Of a stretch of 64,000 nt of DNA, positions 37,640 to 51,545 are shown in pieces. The stretch comes from Eledone cirrhosa. Lineage: Eukaryota. The stretch's first letter is position 1, and every line of letters starts with the position of its first letter. Under the pieces are notes generated by a model, which was given only the letters and a program-made list of their open reading frames with translations, was not told the origin of the DNA and made no database searches. The position numbers and the translations under genes are program-made. The stretch spans positions 1-64,000 of the forward strand of contig CAXHJY010000769.1 in assembly GCA_964016885.1 (NCBI GenBank), written 5' to 3'.

Positions 37640-40600
37640 TTTATTGTTAGACTTATCGCACCTTCTAAGTCAGACATTGGAATAATTAGTAAAAGCATAA
37701 TAGAGAGAATTTTGCCAACATTAAAATTGAGGTCAAAGCTTAACTTATAGAAGGGCACTAGTGAAGTCATAGATTGGTTTAAGAACATTGAAAATAAGAA
37801 AAATCATAAATTTATTCAAGTGGACATAGCGAGTTACTACTCCTCAATAACTCCTAACCTTTTGAATAAGGCCACTATAATACGCATATAAACACACTGA
37901 TCTATCTAGTGAGGAGATTAATATTATTTTAACGGCTAGGCGAGCTTTGATTAACTTTAATAATGATTTTTGGACTCGTTCGGATAGGCAGAAAAATTTC
38001 GACATTACCATGGGATCGTCCGACTCTGCGGAAGTTACCGATCTTCGGCAGTTTTCTATTTATCATATTAAGGATAAAAATTCCCAGGAGATTACAGGTG
38101 GTTTATATAGAGATGATATATTATTTACTGTAGTTAAACATAGCAATAGTAGTTAAATAGAGTAAAGAAAATAATAGTAAAATAGTTAACTTCCTAGACT
38201 TCTTAAACTCAGGCCTATATTGCCCCTTCCATAAACCCAATGAAAACCTAAATTATGTTAGTTTTTATTCTAATCATCCTAAATGTGTTAAAAATGCAAT
38301 AGTCAATAGTGTTCAACAACGTTTAACTAGATTATCTGCTAACAAATCCATTTTTAATAGTAAAGCTGGATATTATAATGAAGCGTTACATAAAGCAGGA
38401 TCATCATAATCATCATCATCACCGTTTTACGTCCGTTCTTCTATGCTAGCATGGGTTAGACGGGTTGTCCTGTTGTGGGCAGTGTCTGGTCGGCTGACCA
38501 TGCCTTGCTCATACAGGAACTGATTTTGGCTTGGTTTCTACAGCTGGATGCCCTTCCCGACACCAACCTCATTTACAGTGAGTCCTGGGTGCTTTTTTCT
38601 GTAGCGCCAACACGTCCACTTTACAGTGTGGGCTGGGTGCTTTTTTGCCGTGGCACCTCCACGACCACTTTGCAGTGGGAGGGTGTGGGGCATATTGTCT
38701 ATATGCTTCAGCTTGTACCCATGGGAGGTCGGGTACTCTGTATTACTGCATGACGCCAGAGGTCACGGTCGTGTGTCATCGCCTTTGAGAAGTGTAATTG
38801 GGTAAGGTCGGCTTTTATCACCTCATCCCAGGTCTTCTTGGGTCTCCCCACTCCGCGGTTTCCATTGACTTCTAGTGCTCTGCACCTTTTTATGCAGCTG
38901 TCATCCTTCATCGCATCACATGTCCATACCAACGCAACCGCTTCTCCTGCACACAGCATTTGATTCCTCTTATGCTCAGTCTCTCTCTCAATTCATTTAT
39001 GCTTTGCCGTTCGCGTATATTACTATTACACATCCATCGGAGCATGCAGGCTTCGTTTCTTTCTAATCTACATAAGTCTTCCACCTTCAGCGCCCAGGTT
39101 TCACTACCATGTAACATTGTTGTTCGGATACACGCATCATACAGTCTGCCTTTCATTTTGAGGGAGAAGCCTTTTGCAGCAAGCAGTGGCAGTAGTTCTC
39201 TGAACTTCTTCCATCCCACCATTCTTACCCTAGTTATTGTACTTTCTGGACACCCACCTCCGCTGCTAATTCGGTCACCTAGGTAGCAGAAGCTGTCTAC
39301 TGTTTCTACAGAGCCTCCCAGAGATTGGTGGTGGCTGTTTGCTGCTTGCTGTTTTCAAAACACAGCTGCTGCATGTGAAGCCTACATTCTTAGTTAAACT
39401 ACCTGAGATCCCGCTACATCTCTTGTGTACCCATTGTTTGCATTTGGGGCAGAGAATGGAGTTCCTACCTACACCTTTCCTACATACTGAGCAAGGCCAT
39501 TTGCCTGAGGGGATCTGGGTTCTGTTTTCTTGTCTACTTACAAGGACCTTAGTCTTTGTCATGTTGACTTTGAGACCCTTTCTTTCTAGTCCCTGCTTCC
39601 AAGTTTGGAATTTCTTCTCCAGTTCTACCATACATTCAGCTATAAGTGCGAGGTCATCAGCATACAGGAGTTCCCATGGGCATCCGGTCATTAACTCCTC
39701 CGTTATTGCCTGCAGGACTATGATGAACAGGAGAGGGCTAAGATCAGAGCCCTGGTGGACCCCAACCTGTACGCTAAATTCCTCGCTATACTCATTGCTA
39801 ATCCTAACTTTGCTGACTGCTCCCCTATACATGGCTTGTACAGCTTTCACAAGCCATTCATCTACTCCTAGTTTTCTAAGAGCCCACCAGATTATAGCAC
39901 GGGGAACTCTGTCAAAGGCTTTCTCGAGATCGACGAATGCCAGGTAGAGTGGCTTACTTTTAGCTAGGTACTTTTCCTGTAACTGCTTCACAAGGAAGAG
40001 GGCATCAGTGGTGCCTATTCCTGGTACAAACCCAAATTGCATCTCATCTAGTTTCACCCGGTCCCTAATCAACTGTGCTATAATTCTTTCTGTTACTTTC
40101 ATGACCTGGTCCATCAGCTTTATACCTCTATAGTTTCCTCTATCTAGTGCATCACCTTTACCCTTGTAGCAGTTGACAATGATGCTACTGCACCAATCTT
40201 TTGGTATAGCACCTTCTAATATTACCTGGTTAACAATACATGTGGTTATAGTGTGACCTACAGACCCAGATGCCTTCAGCATCTCGGCAGCTATACCCGA
40301 TATAAAAATAATATTGAATATGTAGAAAATAATAATTGTAATTATAAACAAAATATTCATAACAATAGGAATAATATAAATAAAACTGACTGTAAAAATA
40401 AAAATAAAACAAATAAAAATAGCAATTTCGAGAATAAATCAGTGAAAAAAATTAGAACTAGATCTATTATTTGGTATGCCCCACCAGCATCTTTAGCTAT
40501 TAACACACCTTTAGCACTTTTATTTTTTAAAGCCTTGGATAAATGTTTCCCTAGAACACATAAATATTACTCTATCTTCAATAGATACACAGTTAAACTT

Positions 40601-40934
40601 TCTTACTCAACAACTATGAATATGGCTCAAAATATTGCAAAAATAAATAGCAGAATTCTTAGTTCTAACCAACAGATAATTAGCGATAATAACAATAATA
40701 ATAATACTATAGTTATTGAGAATAACAATAACAATAATTTAAACATATATAGTAGAACACCTACAAATATTAACAATGATAATGCAAACAGTTTAGATTA
40801 TAGAAATAACAAGAAATCGAACTGTAACTGTAGAAGGAAATCTGAATGCCCTTTACAAAATAAATGGCTTGATAAGAATTTAGTATATAAATGTACCATT
40901 AAAACAAATAATATTACTTATAACTACATAGGTA
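37640..40934 (+). pseudogene. Decayed PLE 2 (RT and GIY-YIG) split by an RTE insertion
   Basis: LIAPSKSDIG, FDITMGSSDSA, YRDD and EALHKAG|YKNNIEY across the insertion, then WYAPP, CNCRRKSEC, LVY..YIG. Confidence 0.85.
38401..40298 (-). mobile_element. 5'-truncated RTE family 2 copy nested in PLE 2
   Basis: ORFs 39275-40360, 38908-39222 and 38708-38959. (GAT)n tail at 38401-38420. Confidence 0.92.
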
Positions 40935-43318
40935 AGAGTGATCGTCTTGCTCGCATAGGACTGTCTGGCAGGTTTTCTACAGTTGGATGCCCTTCCTAAC
41001 ACCAACCACATTTACAGTGTGGGTCTGGGAGGTTTTTACCGTGTTGCCTACATGGCCACATTACAGCGTGGACTGTGTGTTTTTTTGTCGTGACACCTAC
41101 ACGATCTCATTTGTTTCGGCCTGGGTGGCGCGGCACCAACATAACTTTACATAGAACGGGGTGGTGTGGATGGGGTGGGGGTGGTGGTGGTGGGACGGGG
41201 TGTATTTTGTTAGAGATGCCTACTGGCTGGAGTAGGTTTTACTATATATTTAGGTAAGGCGGGTCTTCTCTGTTACTGAGTACCGCCAAAGGTCTCGGTC
41301 CAGTGACATTGTCTTGGAGAGGTGTAAGTGTGTGATGTCGGAGTTTATCAGCTCGTCCCAGGTTTTTCTAGGTCTGCCTATTCCGTGACTACCGTCTATC
41401 TTTATTGCCCTGCACTTTGTTATACAGCTATCGACTTTCATGCGCATCACGTGTCCATACCAACGTAGCCTTCTCTCGAGTAAACAACATCTGATCCCTC
41501 TTATCTCTAATTTTTTCCTTAGTTCGTTTATGCTTTGCCGTTCACGTATATTACTGTTATACATCCAACGGAGCATGCAAGCTTCGTTCCTCTCTAGTCT
41601 GCGTATATCCTCTGCACACAATGCCCAGGTCTCACTGCCATGCAGCATTGCTGTTTGTATGCAGGCATCGTACAACCTGCCTTTCATTTTTAGGGAGAAC
41701 CCTTTAGCAGCTAATAGTGGTATAAGCTCTCTGAACTTTTTCCAACCAGTTCTGACTCTAGCTACAGTACTTTCAGAGCACCCTCCCCCACTGCTGATTT
41801 TATCGCCCAGGTAACGGAAGCTGTCCACTATTTCTATAGAACCCTCTGCGCAATTGAAAGAGCTAGTATTTTGTGGGCACTTGCTGCTACTTATTGCACC
41901 AGAACACCGGCCACATGTAAAATCTATGTTCATAGTTAGCTTACCTGTGATCCCACTACATCTTTTATGCACCCATACTTTGCATTTAGGACATAAAATG
42001 GAGTTTCTACCTACGCCTTTCCTACACACCGAGCACGACCATTTCCCAGAAGGGATTGCCGCCTTGTTTTCTTTCCTACAAACTAGAACTTTGGTCTTAG
42101 CCAGGTTAATTTTAAGTCCTTTTGACTCTAGGCCGTGCTTCCATGTTTGGAATTTCTTCTCTAGCTCGGCCATTGATTCCGCTATGAGTGTCAGGTCGTC
42201 TGCGTATAGGAGTTCCCATGGGCAGCCTGTCTTGAACTCCTCTGTTATAGCCTGAAGGGCAATAATAAATAGTAGGGGGCTGAGAACAGAGCCCTGATGG
42301 ACACCAACTTTTACGCTAAACTCTTCACTATATTCGTTGTTAATTCTAACCTTGCTGACTGTTTCTTTATACATGGCTTGTATAGCCCTCACAAGCCATT
42401 CGTCAACGCCTAGTTTTCTAAGAGCCCACCAGATAATGGAGCGGGGGACTCTGTCGAAGGCTTTCTCCAAGTCGACAAAAGCTAAGTAGAGGGGTTTACC
42501 TTTAGCTAGGTACTTCTCCTGTAGTTGTCGTACTATGAAAAGAGCGTCTGTGGTACTTTTGCCTGACACAAACCCGAACTGCATTTCATCTAGGTCAATT
42601 CTCTCTCTGATTAGTTGCGCTATTACTTTTTCCGTGACCTTCATGACCTGGTCGATTAATTTAATGCCTCTATAGTTACTCCTATCTAGGGCGTCTCCTT
42701 TACCCTTATAACAGTTAACGATGATGCTGCTATGCCAGTCCTTCGGAACAACCCCATTCTGTACGACTTGGTTAACTATGCGGGTGACCATGGTGTGTCC
42801 CACCGTGCCAGATGCCTTCAGCATCTCAGCAACTATTTCCGAAGGCCCAGCCGCCTTACCCGTCTTCATATCCTTGATTACCTTACTTATTATACTCCCC
42901 TCGACTAACACTGCTGGTCCCTCTATTGGGTCGATATGGGGGAGACTGTCTTTCTCCCATTTATTCTCCTCATTTAGTAGCCTTTCATAGTGACACTTCC
43001 AAGCTACCTTCTTATCAGCGTCGGTGATGGCAAGTGTGCCATCGTCGTTTAGTACACACTTCTCCCCGACAATATCACGGTTTTCCTTGACGCATTGCCT
43101 AGCAATCCTGAACACCTCACGTTTTTGGTCATCGCGTTGTAGAACATGCTTGAACTTTCTTTCCTCAGCTTCCCTTCTTGCTAAGTACACTTGTCTCCTA
43201 GCTTCCCTCCTGGCCACTTGATAGTCTTCTCTACTTCCCCCATCCCGCCATACTTTCCAAGCCTGCTTTTTGGCCTTAATTGACCCCTCCACCTTACTGT
43301 TCCACCACCATGTTACTC
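40935..43318 (-). mobile_element. RTE family 2, subfamily B, truncated at both ends; RT-PHD-C-terminus frame open (41250-43292)
   Basis: 680-aa ORF with DLEKAFD, HQGS, YADD and the PHD cysteines. Confidence 0.92.
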
Positions 43319-43374
43319 ATATATACATACATATATATATATATATATACATACATATATATATATATACATAC

Positions 43375-43407
<33 letters not shown>

Positions 43408-43428
43408 CATATACATACATATATATAT

Positions 43429-43806
43429 ATGGTGGCTGCCAACTCGTTTTCGAGTACGGCCACTACTTTATATCCATGTAGGAGAACCTCTACATACATA
43501 TATACACGGTGGCTGCCAACTCGTTTTCGAGCACGGCCACTACTTTATATCCATGTAGGAGAACCCCTACCGATGCGCTGCACGAGTGTGACTTTTTAGT
43601 CCAGCCAGCGACTTGAAAACTCTGGTACAAAGACTACACTTGTGACAATTATTGACACATAGTGCTGGGCCCATGGTACCATGTGACGATAAGTGTAGAG
43701 ATCTCCAGATATAAAGCAATGCCTGTGCCGTGAAGCTTTTATAGTGAGCAAAGGCACTGCACAAAGCCAGTCCCACTCTCTTAACCAAAATGATATTTAC
43801 CAAAAA
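43429..43806 (-). mobile_element. Two tandem 3' fragments of the non-autonomous RTE derivative (43429-43492 and 43508-43806)
   Basis: GGTGGCTGCCAACTCGTTTTCGAG occurs twice. Confidence 0.85.
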
Positions 43807-43827
43807 TATATATATATATACATACAT

Positions 43828-44973
43828 ATTAACATCAATGGTGATGTGGATAGGCTATACTTCTTACGCAAGGAAGGTGGCCGGGTCTAAAATCAATATT
43901 AACAACATGAGACCCGGATAGTAACACTGAAGCAACACCTTCAACAGAGGAAAAAGGTTGGCAACCATCTTGCCCAGGTTTATGAGCATGAAAAAAAAAT
44001 ATCATTAGAATAGCGACTGATCTGGAGGAGAGATATGGAATAAAGCCTGATATAAATCTCTCACCCAGAGAAATCGGAAGATCCTATTCAATGTTCAAAC
44101 AAGATAAAAAAATTGACCAATTTACAGAAAAAGTTGTGCATGGATACTTGAGACGTAAAACACAGACCATAGTGGATAAACCACTCAAAAAGCCTGGCAT
44201 GGAGTTCCAACAAGTTTATGACATCACACCTTGAGGGATATCTCTATGCAATACAGGAACAAGAACTCCCTACCAAATATCTGCTGCACAAAAGGGGAGA
44301 GCCAGCAGCTGACAATAAATGTAGGCTATGTAAAACAAAGATCGAGGATGTAAGCCACATTGTTGCCAGCTACGAAAGAATGTCATCTCGCTACTACCTC
44401 CCCATGAGGCACGATGGGATAGCTAGAACCATCTGGAACGCACTTCGGAAAACAAAATTAACAACAAACGAGGAAGAATATATTGAGACAGATGGCACTA
44501 AAGAATACTGGTGGAACCTGAAAATAAAAACTGCCACCAAATTAAAGCACAACTGGCCTGCTATTGTTGTTTGGGACCACACATTGAAAACGTGTTCTGT
44601 TGTGGAGATCAGCTACCCACTTGATGTAAACGTTGTCAGAAAAATACAGGGGAAGGAGGACATCTACGGACCATTGATGAGGAGTTTACAAATCCAGTAT
44701 CCAAGATACACCTTTAGCTTCATACCCATCATTATTGGAGCTACGGGTTATATACCAACCCGCTTGGACCAAAGTATGACTGAACTTGGATTTGTGGACA
44801 AAAAGCGCAGCTCCCTAATTCATAGTCTACAAATGGCTGCGATAGCTGGCACCTTCAAAATTTGCAAAACATTCTTGCGATTCAAAAGATGACAATTTTT
44901 TTTCTTTTACAACCTTGTCACCAGGAAGGTGGCCGGTCAAAAAAATATACTCGAAATTAAGAGAAAGAGATAA
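43828..44973 (+). mobile_element. Longer 5'-truncated R4/Dong-clade RLE element, decayed
   Basis: DVDRLYFLRKEGGR (the R4-type RLY..R..GGRG motif), then AIQEQ, zinc knuckle and RLE domain nearly identical to 2169-2884. Confidence 0.88.
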
Positions 44974-44985
44974 ATATATATATAC

Positions 44986-45529
44986 ATGGTGGCTGCCAAC
45001 TCATTTTCGAGTACGGCCACTACTTTATATCCATGTAGGAGAACCTCTACCGATGCGCTGAACGAGTGTGACTTTTTAGTCCAGCCAGCGACTTGAAAAC
45101 TCTGGTACAAAGACTACACTTGTGACCATTATTGACACATAGTGCAGAGAGATCTCCAGATATAAAGCAATGCCTGTGCCGTGAAGCTTCTATAGTGAGC
45201 AAAGGCACTGCACAAAGCCAGTCCCACTCTCTTAACCAAGATGATATTTACCAAAAAGAAGAACAAGTCAACATCATTGGATACCATCAGGGTTGCAGGT
45301 GTTATATCAGAGTTTTCCTTCTCCTAGAATTCTGCCTTGACAAAGGCTAAGGGGTCATCTCTCCCGGTGATTTTGGATGGCCATTGACTCTTAAGAGCTC
45401 CCTTGCCCTTTGACAGGTTTTGTTTTTAGTCCTGCAGGATGTCCTAAGTCACCCTCCTCACCAAGAAACCTTGGTGAGGTTGCCAGTTCAGTCGTCAATG
45501 ACCCGACCATGAGACAGGTTGTACTGGGA
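44986..45529 (-). mobile_element. Non-autonomous RTE derivative with a small internal deletion
   Basis: Collinear with 20304-20875. Confidence 0.85.
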
Positions 45530-46031
45530 TATATATATATATACATACATACATATATATATATACATACATATACATATACATACATATATATATATAT
45601 ACATACGTATATATATACATACATAAAACATTTAATCTAATTATTTTAATTTTTAGATTTTTAAAATTATTTTAAAATATTTTTGCTTATGTCTTTGTAA
45701 TTTTTAAATGTTTTAATTCTTTTAAAATTTTTTAAATGTTTTTTAATTATTTTAAAATTATTTTTCTTAAAATCCTTTTTTTAATATATATATTTTTTTA
45801 AAATTATCTTTAAGTGCTTAAGATTACTTTAGTATGCCTTCACATGCCCCAGTCTCTTGTGAGAAAATCTGCCTGTGTTATTGTATTATCATGGTTTGTT
45901 ATAATGTTGACTAATAAACCCAGTACGCATTCTCTCCATCCTTCACATATCCAATCTCCCTCATGCTATCTATTGTTCTGGTGATTAAGCTTGGTAGAGC
46001 TTATATTCAGTACTATATTTTTTATTGATTA

Positions 46032-46078
46032 CGCTCTGAGGATTCATGCGCCACGGTATGGATGAAACATTGTTAGCG
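46032..46078 (+). ncRNA. Minimal hammerhead (GUU site) followed by AATAAA, in a solo pLTR-like segment (~45625-46225)
   Basis: CGCT-CTGAGGA-TTCATGC-gccacg-GTATGGA-t-GAAAC-att-GTT-AGCG-AATAAA. Confidence 0.68.
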
Positions 46079-46236
46079 AATAAAAATTGTGTAAGTATGT
46101 AGGTGTTCTTTGACTTATTTTATCTATAACGGCTCTGTTTCGTACATTGAGCTAATACGATACTGTCACAAATATGACACTGTGCAGGTGTGTTTATGTA
46201 CATATAATCCGTTGTCTACGTAAATAATATATACAT

Positions 46237-46267
<31 letters not shown>

Positions 46268-46510
46268 CATATATATACACACATATATATATATACATAT
46301 ATATATATACATATATATATATACATACATATATATACATATATATATATATACATATATATATACATATATATATATACATATATATATACATATATAT
46401 ATATACATATATATATACATATATATATATATATACATATATATACATATATATATATACATATATATACATATATATATATACATATATATATACATAT
46501 ATATATATAC

Positions 46511-46603
<93 letters not shown>

Positions 46604-46654
46604 TATATATACATATATACATATATATATATATATACATATATACATATATAT

Positions 46655-46710
<56 letters not shown>

Positions 46711-46802
46711 GCAAATATATACATATATATATATATACATACGTATACACACACATATATATATATATACATACGTATACACACACATATATATATACAT
46801 AC

Positions 46803-46936
46803 ATGGCTGGCACCTTCAAAATTTGCAAAACATTCTGGCGATTCAAGGGATGACAATTTCTTTTCTTTTACAGCCTTGCCACCAGGAAGGTGGCCGGTCA
46901 AAAAAAATATACTCAAAATTAAGAGAAAGAGATAAC
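46803..46936 (+). mobile_element. Very short 3' fragment of the R4/Dong-clade element
   Basis: GCTGGCACCTTCAAAA...GCCACCAGGAAGGTGGCC...AAGAGAAAGAGA. Confidence 0.85.
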
Positions 46937-47229
46937 ATATGTATACACACATGTATATATATGAATGTATACATACGTATGTATATATATGAATGTATAT
47001 ATATGTATGCACATATGTATACACATACATATATATATATACATACATATATATATATGTATATATATACATATATTGGGATTGGTGCTCTGAAATAGCG
47101 ATGTATACATGAATGTATGTATAGTATATTTGGCAATATACCGTATGTTTAAATAAAAACATTTTGAAGACCTTACACTATCAGTTTTAAAGTAGTGACT
47201 ATGTCACTTACTTCTTTTCGGGGAAAGCA

Positions 47230-47289
47230 GGCAGAGAAGCTAACAGTCTGTTTCATGCTGTTTGGCAATCCTCAGAGCCACATACTGCC
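47230..47289 (-). ncRNA. Hammerhead (GUU site) with extended stem I
   Basis: Minus strand GGCAG-tatgt-GGCT-CTGAGGA-t-TGC-caaaca-GCA-t-GAAAC-agact-GTT-AGCT-tct-CTGCC. Confidence 0.72.
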
Positions 47290-47315
47290 CTCTTCTGCTG
47301 AAAATTATAGAAGCT

Positions 47316-48480
47316 TCTGTTATAGCCTGAAGGGCAATAATAAATAGGAAGGGCTAAGGACAGCCTTGATGAACAACTTTTACGCTAAATTCTTCACTAT
47401 ATTCATTGTTAATTCTAACCTTGCTGACTGTTTTTTTATACATGGTTTGTATAGCTCTCACAAGCCATTCATCAACACCTAGTTTTCTGAGAGCCCACCA
47501 GATAATGGAGCAGGGGACTCTGACAAAGGCTTTCTCCAAGTCAACAAAACCTAAGTATACTTTTAGCTAGGCACTTCTTCTGTAGTCGTCGTACAAGGAA
47601 AAGAGCATCTGTGGTACTTTACCCGACACAAACCCAAACTGCATTTCATCTAGATCAATTCGCTCTCTGATTAGTTGCGCTATAACTCTTTCTGTGACCT
47701 TCATGACCTGGTCAACCAATTTAATGCCTCTATAGTTTCCCCTATCTAAGGCATCTCCTTTACCCTTGTAGCAGTTAATGATGATGATGACCAGTCATTT
47801 GGTATGACCCCATTCTGTATGACTTGGTTTACTATCCGGGTGACCATAGTGTGTCCCACCATTCCAGATGCATTCAGGATTTCAGCAGCTATCTCCGAAG
47901 GCCCAGCTGCCTTGCCTGTCTTCATATCTTTGATTGCCTTACTTATTATACTACCTTTAAATTGCACTGCTGGTCCCTCTATTGGATCGATTTGGGACAG
48001 ACTATCTTTTTCCCATTTATTCTCCTCATTTAGTAGTCGCTCGTATTGACACTTCTGAGCCACCTTCTTATCAGCATCAGTGATGGCAAGTACACCATCA
48101 TCATTACGGACATACTTCTCCCCGACAATATCACGGTTTTCCTTGACACATTGTCTTGCAATCTTGACAACAACAACAATCCTGACAGCACAACAAACAT
48201 CAACTTCCTTACGTTCAAGCATCTCTACAACCTCATTTGAGCGACCTTTTAAGGTGACTACATTCATGGTACCAACTCTGAAGATTTGGATTTCGTTGGG
48301 TGGGTAGAAGGGAAGGGTTGGAGGCACAGGGAGGGGTGAGGGAGATGGGGTTATGTTAGCCATCCATGTCTGAAATAAAGAGGAGTCCTTGCATTGTCGT
48401 CCAGCAAAAGGAGGTGTATTTATCTTTATCTTTGAGATTGTCATTGAGTGTTCACATTGTTCAGACTCTCCAAATTCTGT
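47316..48480 (-). mobile_element. Decayed, internally deleted RTE family 2 copy
   Basis: RVGTMNV..LKGR...EVDVCC joined to KIARQCV. RT fragments. Confidence 0.85.
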
Positions 48481-48834
48481 AGTCCATCTAGCATATCGAG
48501 AAGCAACCTGGTCTAAACTTAAGGAGTAATAGCCGCGGCGGTGGTTTTGTGAAAAAGATTGGTAAGAGAAACATATTACAAGCTGCTGAATTATGATTGG
48601 ACGAAATAGTAATGGTGGCGTGTGTGTGGGGGGATGGCAAAGTTAACGAGCAGATTATTTTTCTAAAGGTCCTACAGATTTGACCATAATTATGAGAAGT
48701 TAAACGAGAAGTTTAATATAAATACTGATAGGTAAATGGACCAAGAAAGTTGGAGAGACGAGAAAATGAAAAGAAAATACATTACATTTCTCAAAACGAC
48801 AATTCAGCAACAGTAAGAATTTGAAAAATTCTGC

Positions 48835-49985
48835 AGCATCGTGCACCTCACACAGGCATCATATAACCGACCTTTTATAAGCAGGGAGAAACCATTCTTC
48901 ATCAGCAGAGGAAGCAGCTCTTTAAACTTCTTCCAACCCGTCCTTATTCTAGATACTATGACCTCGGAACCCTCCCTCCTCTCATGCTAATCTGATCTCC
49001 TAGGTACCACTTCTATAGCACCCACCTGCATTTGAAAAATGTGTCTATCAATGCGACTTCTACTGTCTAATTTCCCTGTACATCTACTGCATATGTATTT
49101 CTCCCTACCTCTTAGTTTGCCTGCTATCTCACTACATCTCTTGTGTACCCAAGATCTGCATTGTGTGCATTTTATAGAATTTATGCCAGTTCCTTGGAGG
49201 ACTATAATGAACAAGAGCGGGCTGAGGACCGAACCCTGATGTACTCCTACTTGTATCTGGAATTCCTCACTAAACTCCATTCCTACCCTGACTTTACTGA
49301 CAACATCTCTGTACAAAGTTTGCACTGTCCTCACAAGCCATTCCTCAACACCTAGTTTCCTTAGGAACCACCAGATGACAGATTGGGGTACCCTATCAAA
49401 GGCCTTCTCTAGGTCAACAAAGGCTAAGTATAGTGGCTTATTCTTCTCTAAGAACCTCTCTTGAAATTGTCTCACCAAGAAGAGGGCATCTGTTGTACTT
49501 TTCCCAGGCACAAAACCAAACTGCATCTCATCTAGTTTGACCCTTTCTCTAATTAGTTGTGCTAATATCCTTTCTGCCACTTTCATAACCGGATCTATCA
49601 GTTTTATACCCCTATAATTGCTCCTCTCCAGAGCATCCCCTTTACCTTTGTAGCAATTTATGAGAATACTGCTGCACCAGTCTTTGGGTATGACATTGCC
49701 ATATATAGCCTAATTGATGATGCGTGCAACCAGTTTAGTGCCTACGTCCCCTGATGCCTTCAGCATCTCAGCAACTATCCCTGACGGTCCAGCAGCCTTA
49801 CCCTTTTTCATTTCCTTAATCGCCTCCTGGACCTTATATTCGTCAATCTCAATAGCTGGTCCCTCTGTCGGATCTACTGAGGGTAATTTCTCTCTCTCCC
49901 ATTCATTCTCCACATTCATCAGTCTCTCATAATGACATTCATGACACTAAGTACACCGACATCATTCCAGACACAGTTATCTCCA
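48835..49985 (-). mobile_element. Older RTE family 2 fragment
   Basis: ORFs 48987-49586 and 49710-49919. Confidence 0.85.
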
Positions 49986-50170
49986 AAGGCATCTCTGGAA
50001 ACTGGGTTAACCCTGACATAAAACCTGCGGCTCAGTAGTTGCCAATAATCTTGATCTTTTCTTCCCTTCGGGTTATAACTACTGTCGCTCAGTGCACAGT
50101 CTTTCCTCACTTTAAAAAATATTCTTCACGCACAGGCATTGCACGATTGCATTAATTAATAATTATTATT
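49986..50170 (+). mobile_element. Isolated 5' UTR fragment of the C2H2-RTE
   Basis: Reverse complement of ~13485-13680. Confidence 0.75.
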
Positions 50171-50347
50171 ATGACCATGCTGTAAAATCTCTAGGACTGG
50201 TGGCACGAATAAAAGCACCCAGTCCATGCTATAAAGTGGCACTGGTGTTAGGAAGGGCATCCAGCCAGTGTATTAATGCCAAAACAATTATTATTATATA
50301 TACACATATATATATCTATATATGTACACATATATATATATACATAC

Positions 50348-50378
<31 letters not shown>

Positions 50379-50429
50379 TATATATACATATATACATATA
50401 TATACATATATACACACATATATATATAC

Positions 50430-50480
<51 letters not shown>

Positions 50481-50583
50481 CATATTTACATTCATACATA
50501 TACATATATATATACATATACACACATATATATATATACATATATATATATACATATACATATACATATATACATATACATAT

Positions 50584-50883
<300 letters not shown>

Positions 50884-51069
50884 TTCAAGAGTAACCAATC
50901 TTAAAGAGAGAGAGATGGAGATAGGAGAGGAGATATGAGAAGCCAAAGCGTAAAGGCATGTGCTCAATGTGCAATATGCAGAAGAAAGCAGATAGGTGAC
51001 TGGGTTCAATTATGATATATAGTCATCTGATCCAGAAATATTATATGGAGTAGTGAAACAATTGTAAAC

Positions 51070-51280
51070 GGACATGTGAATTGGCAGTATCAGTGGAGGG
51101 TCGGACGCCATGCTTTCCAGCATAGTTACGTCCCTTTACGATCTAAGTTCAAATCCCGCCGAGGTTAACTTTGCCTTTCATCCTTACGGGGTGGATAAAA
51201 TAAAGTACCAGTAATGCACTGGGTATTGCTGGCCTTGTGCCTAACGTAGAAACAATTATTATTAATATTATTATTATTAT
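51070..51280 (+). mobile_element. Cephalopod-type tRNA-derived SINE, diverged
   Basis: AGTTCAAATCCCGCCGAGGTTAACTTTGCCTTTCATCC...ATAAAATAAAGTACCAGT with an (ATT)n tail. Related remnants at 30825-30950 and 53560-53790. Confidence 0.7.
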
Positions 51281-51385
51281 TCTCTACATTCCTCACATCA
51301 AACTAAAATATGTTGACAATCTTTTAATAATGTCTTCCTTGTGAAATCTGTGATCTTGTTTTGCTTAACTAATGAATATATACAT

Positions 51386-51419
<34 letters not shown>

Positions 51420-51437
51420 ACACACACGTATACATAT

Positions 51438-51477
<40 letters not shown>

Positions 51478-51480
51478 GAC

Positions 51481-51544
<64 letters not shown>

Positions 51545-51545
<1 letters not shown>

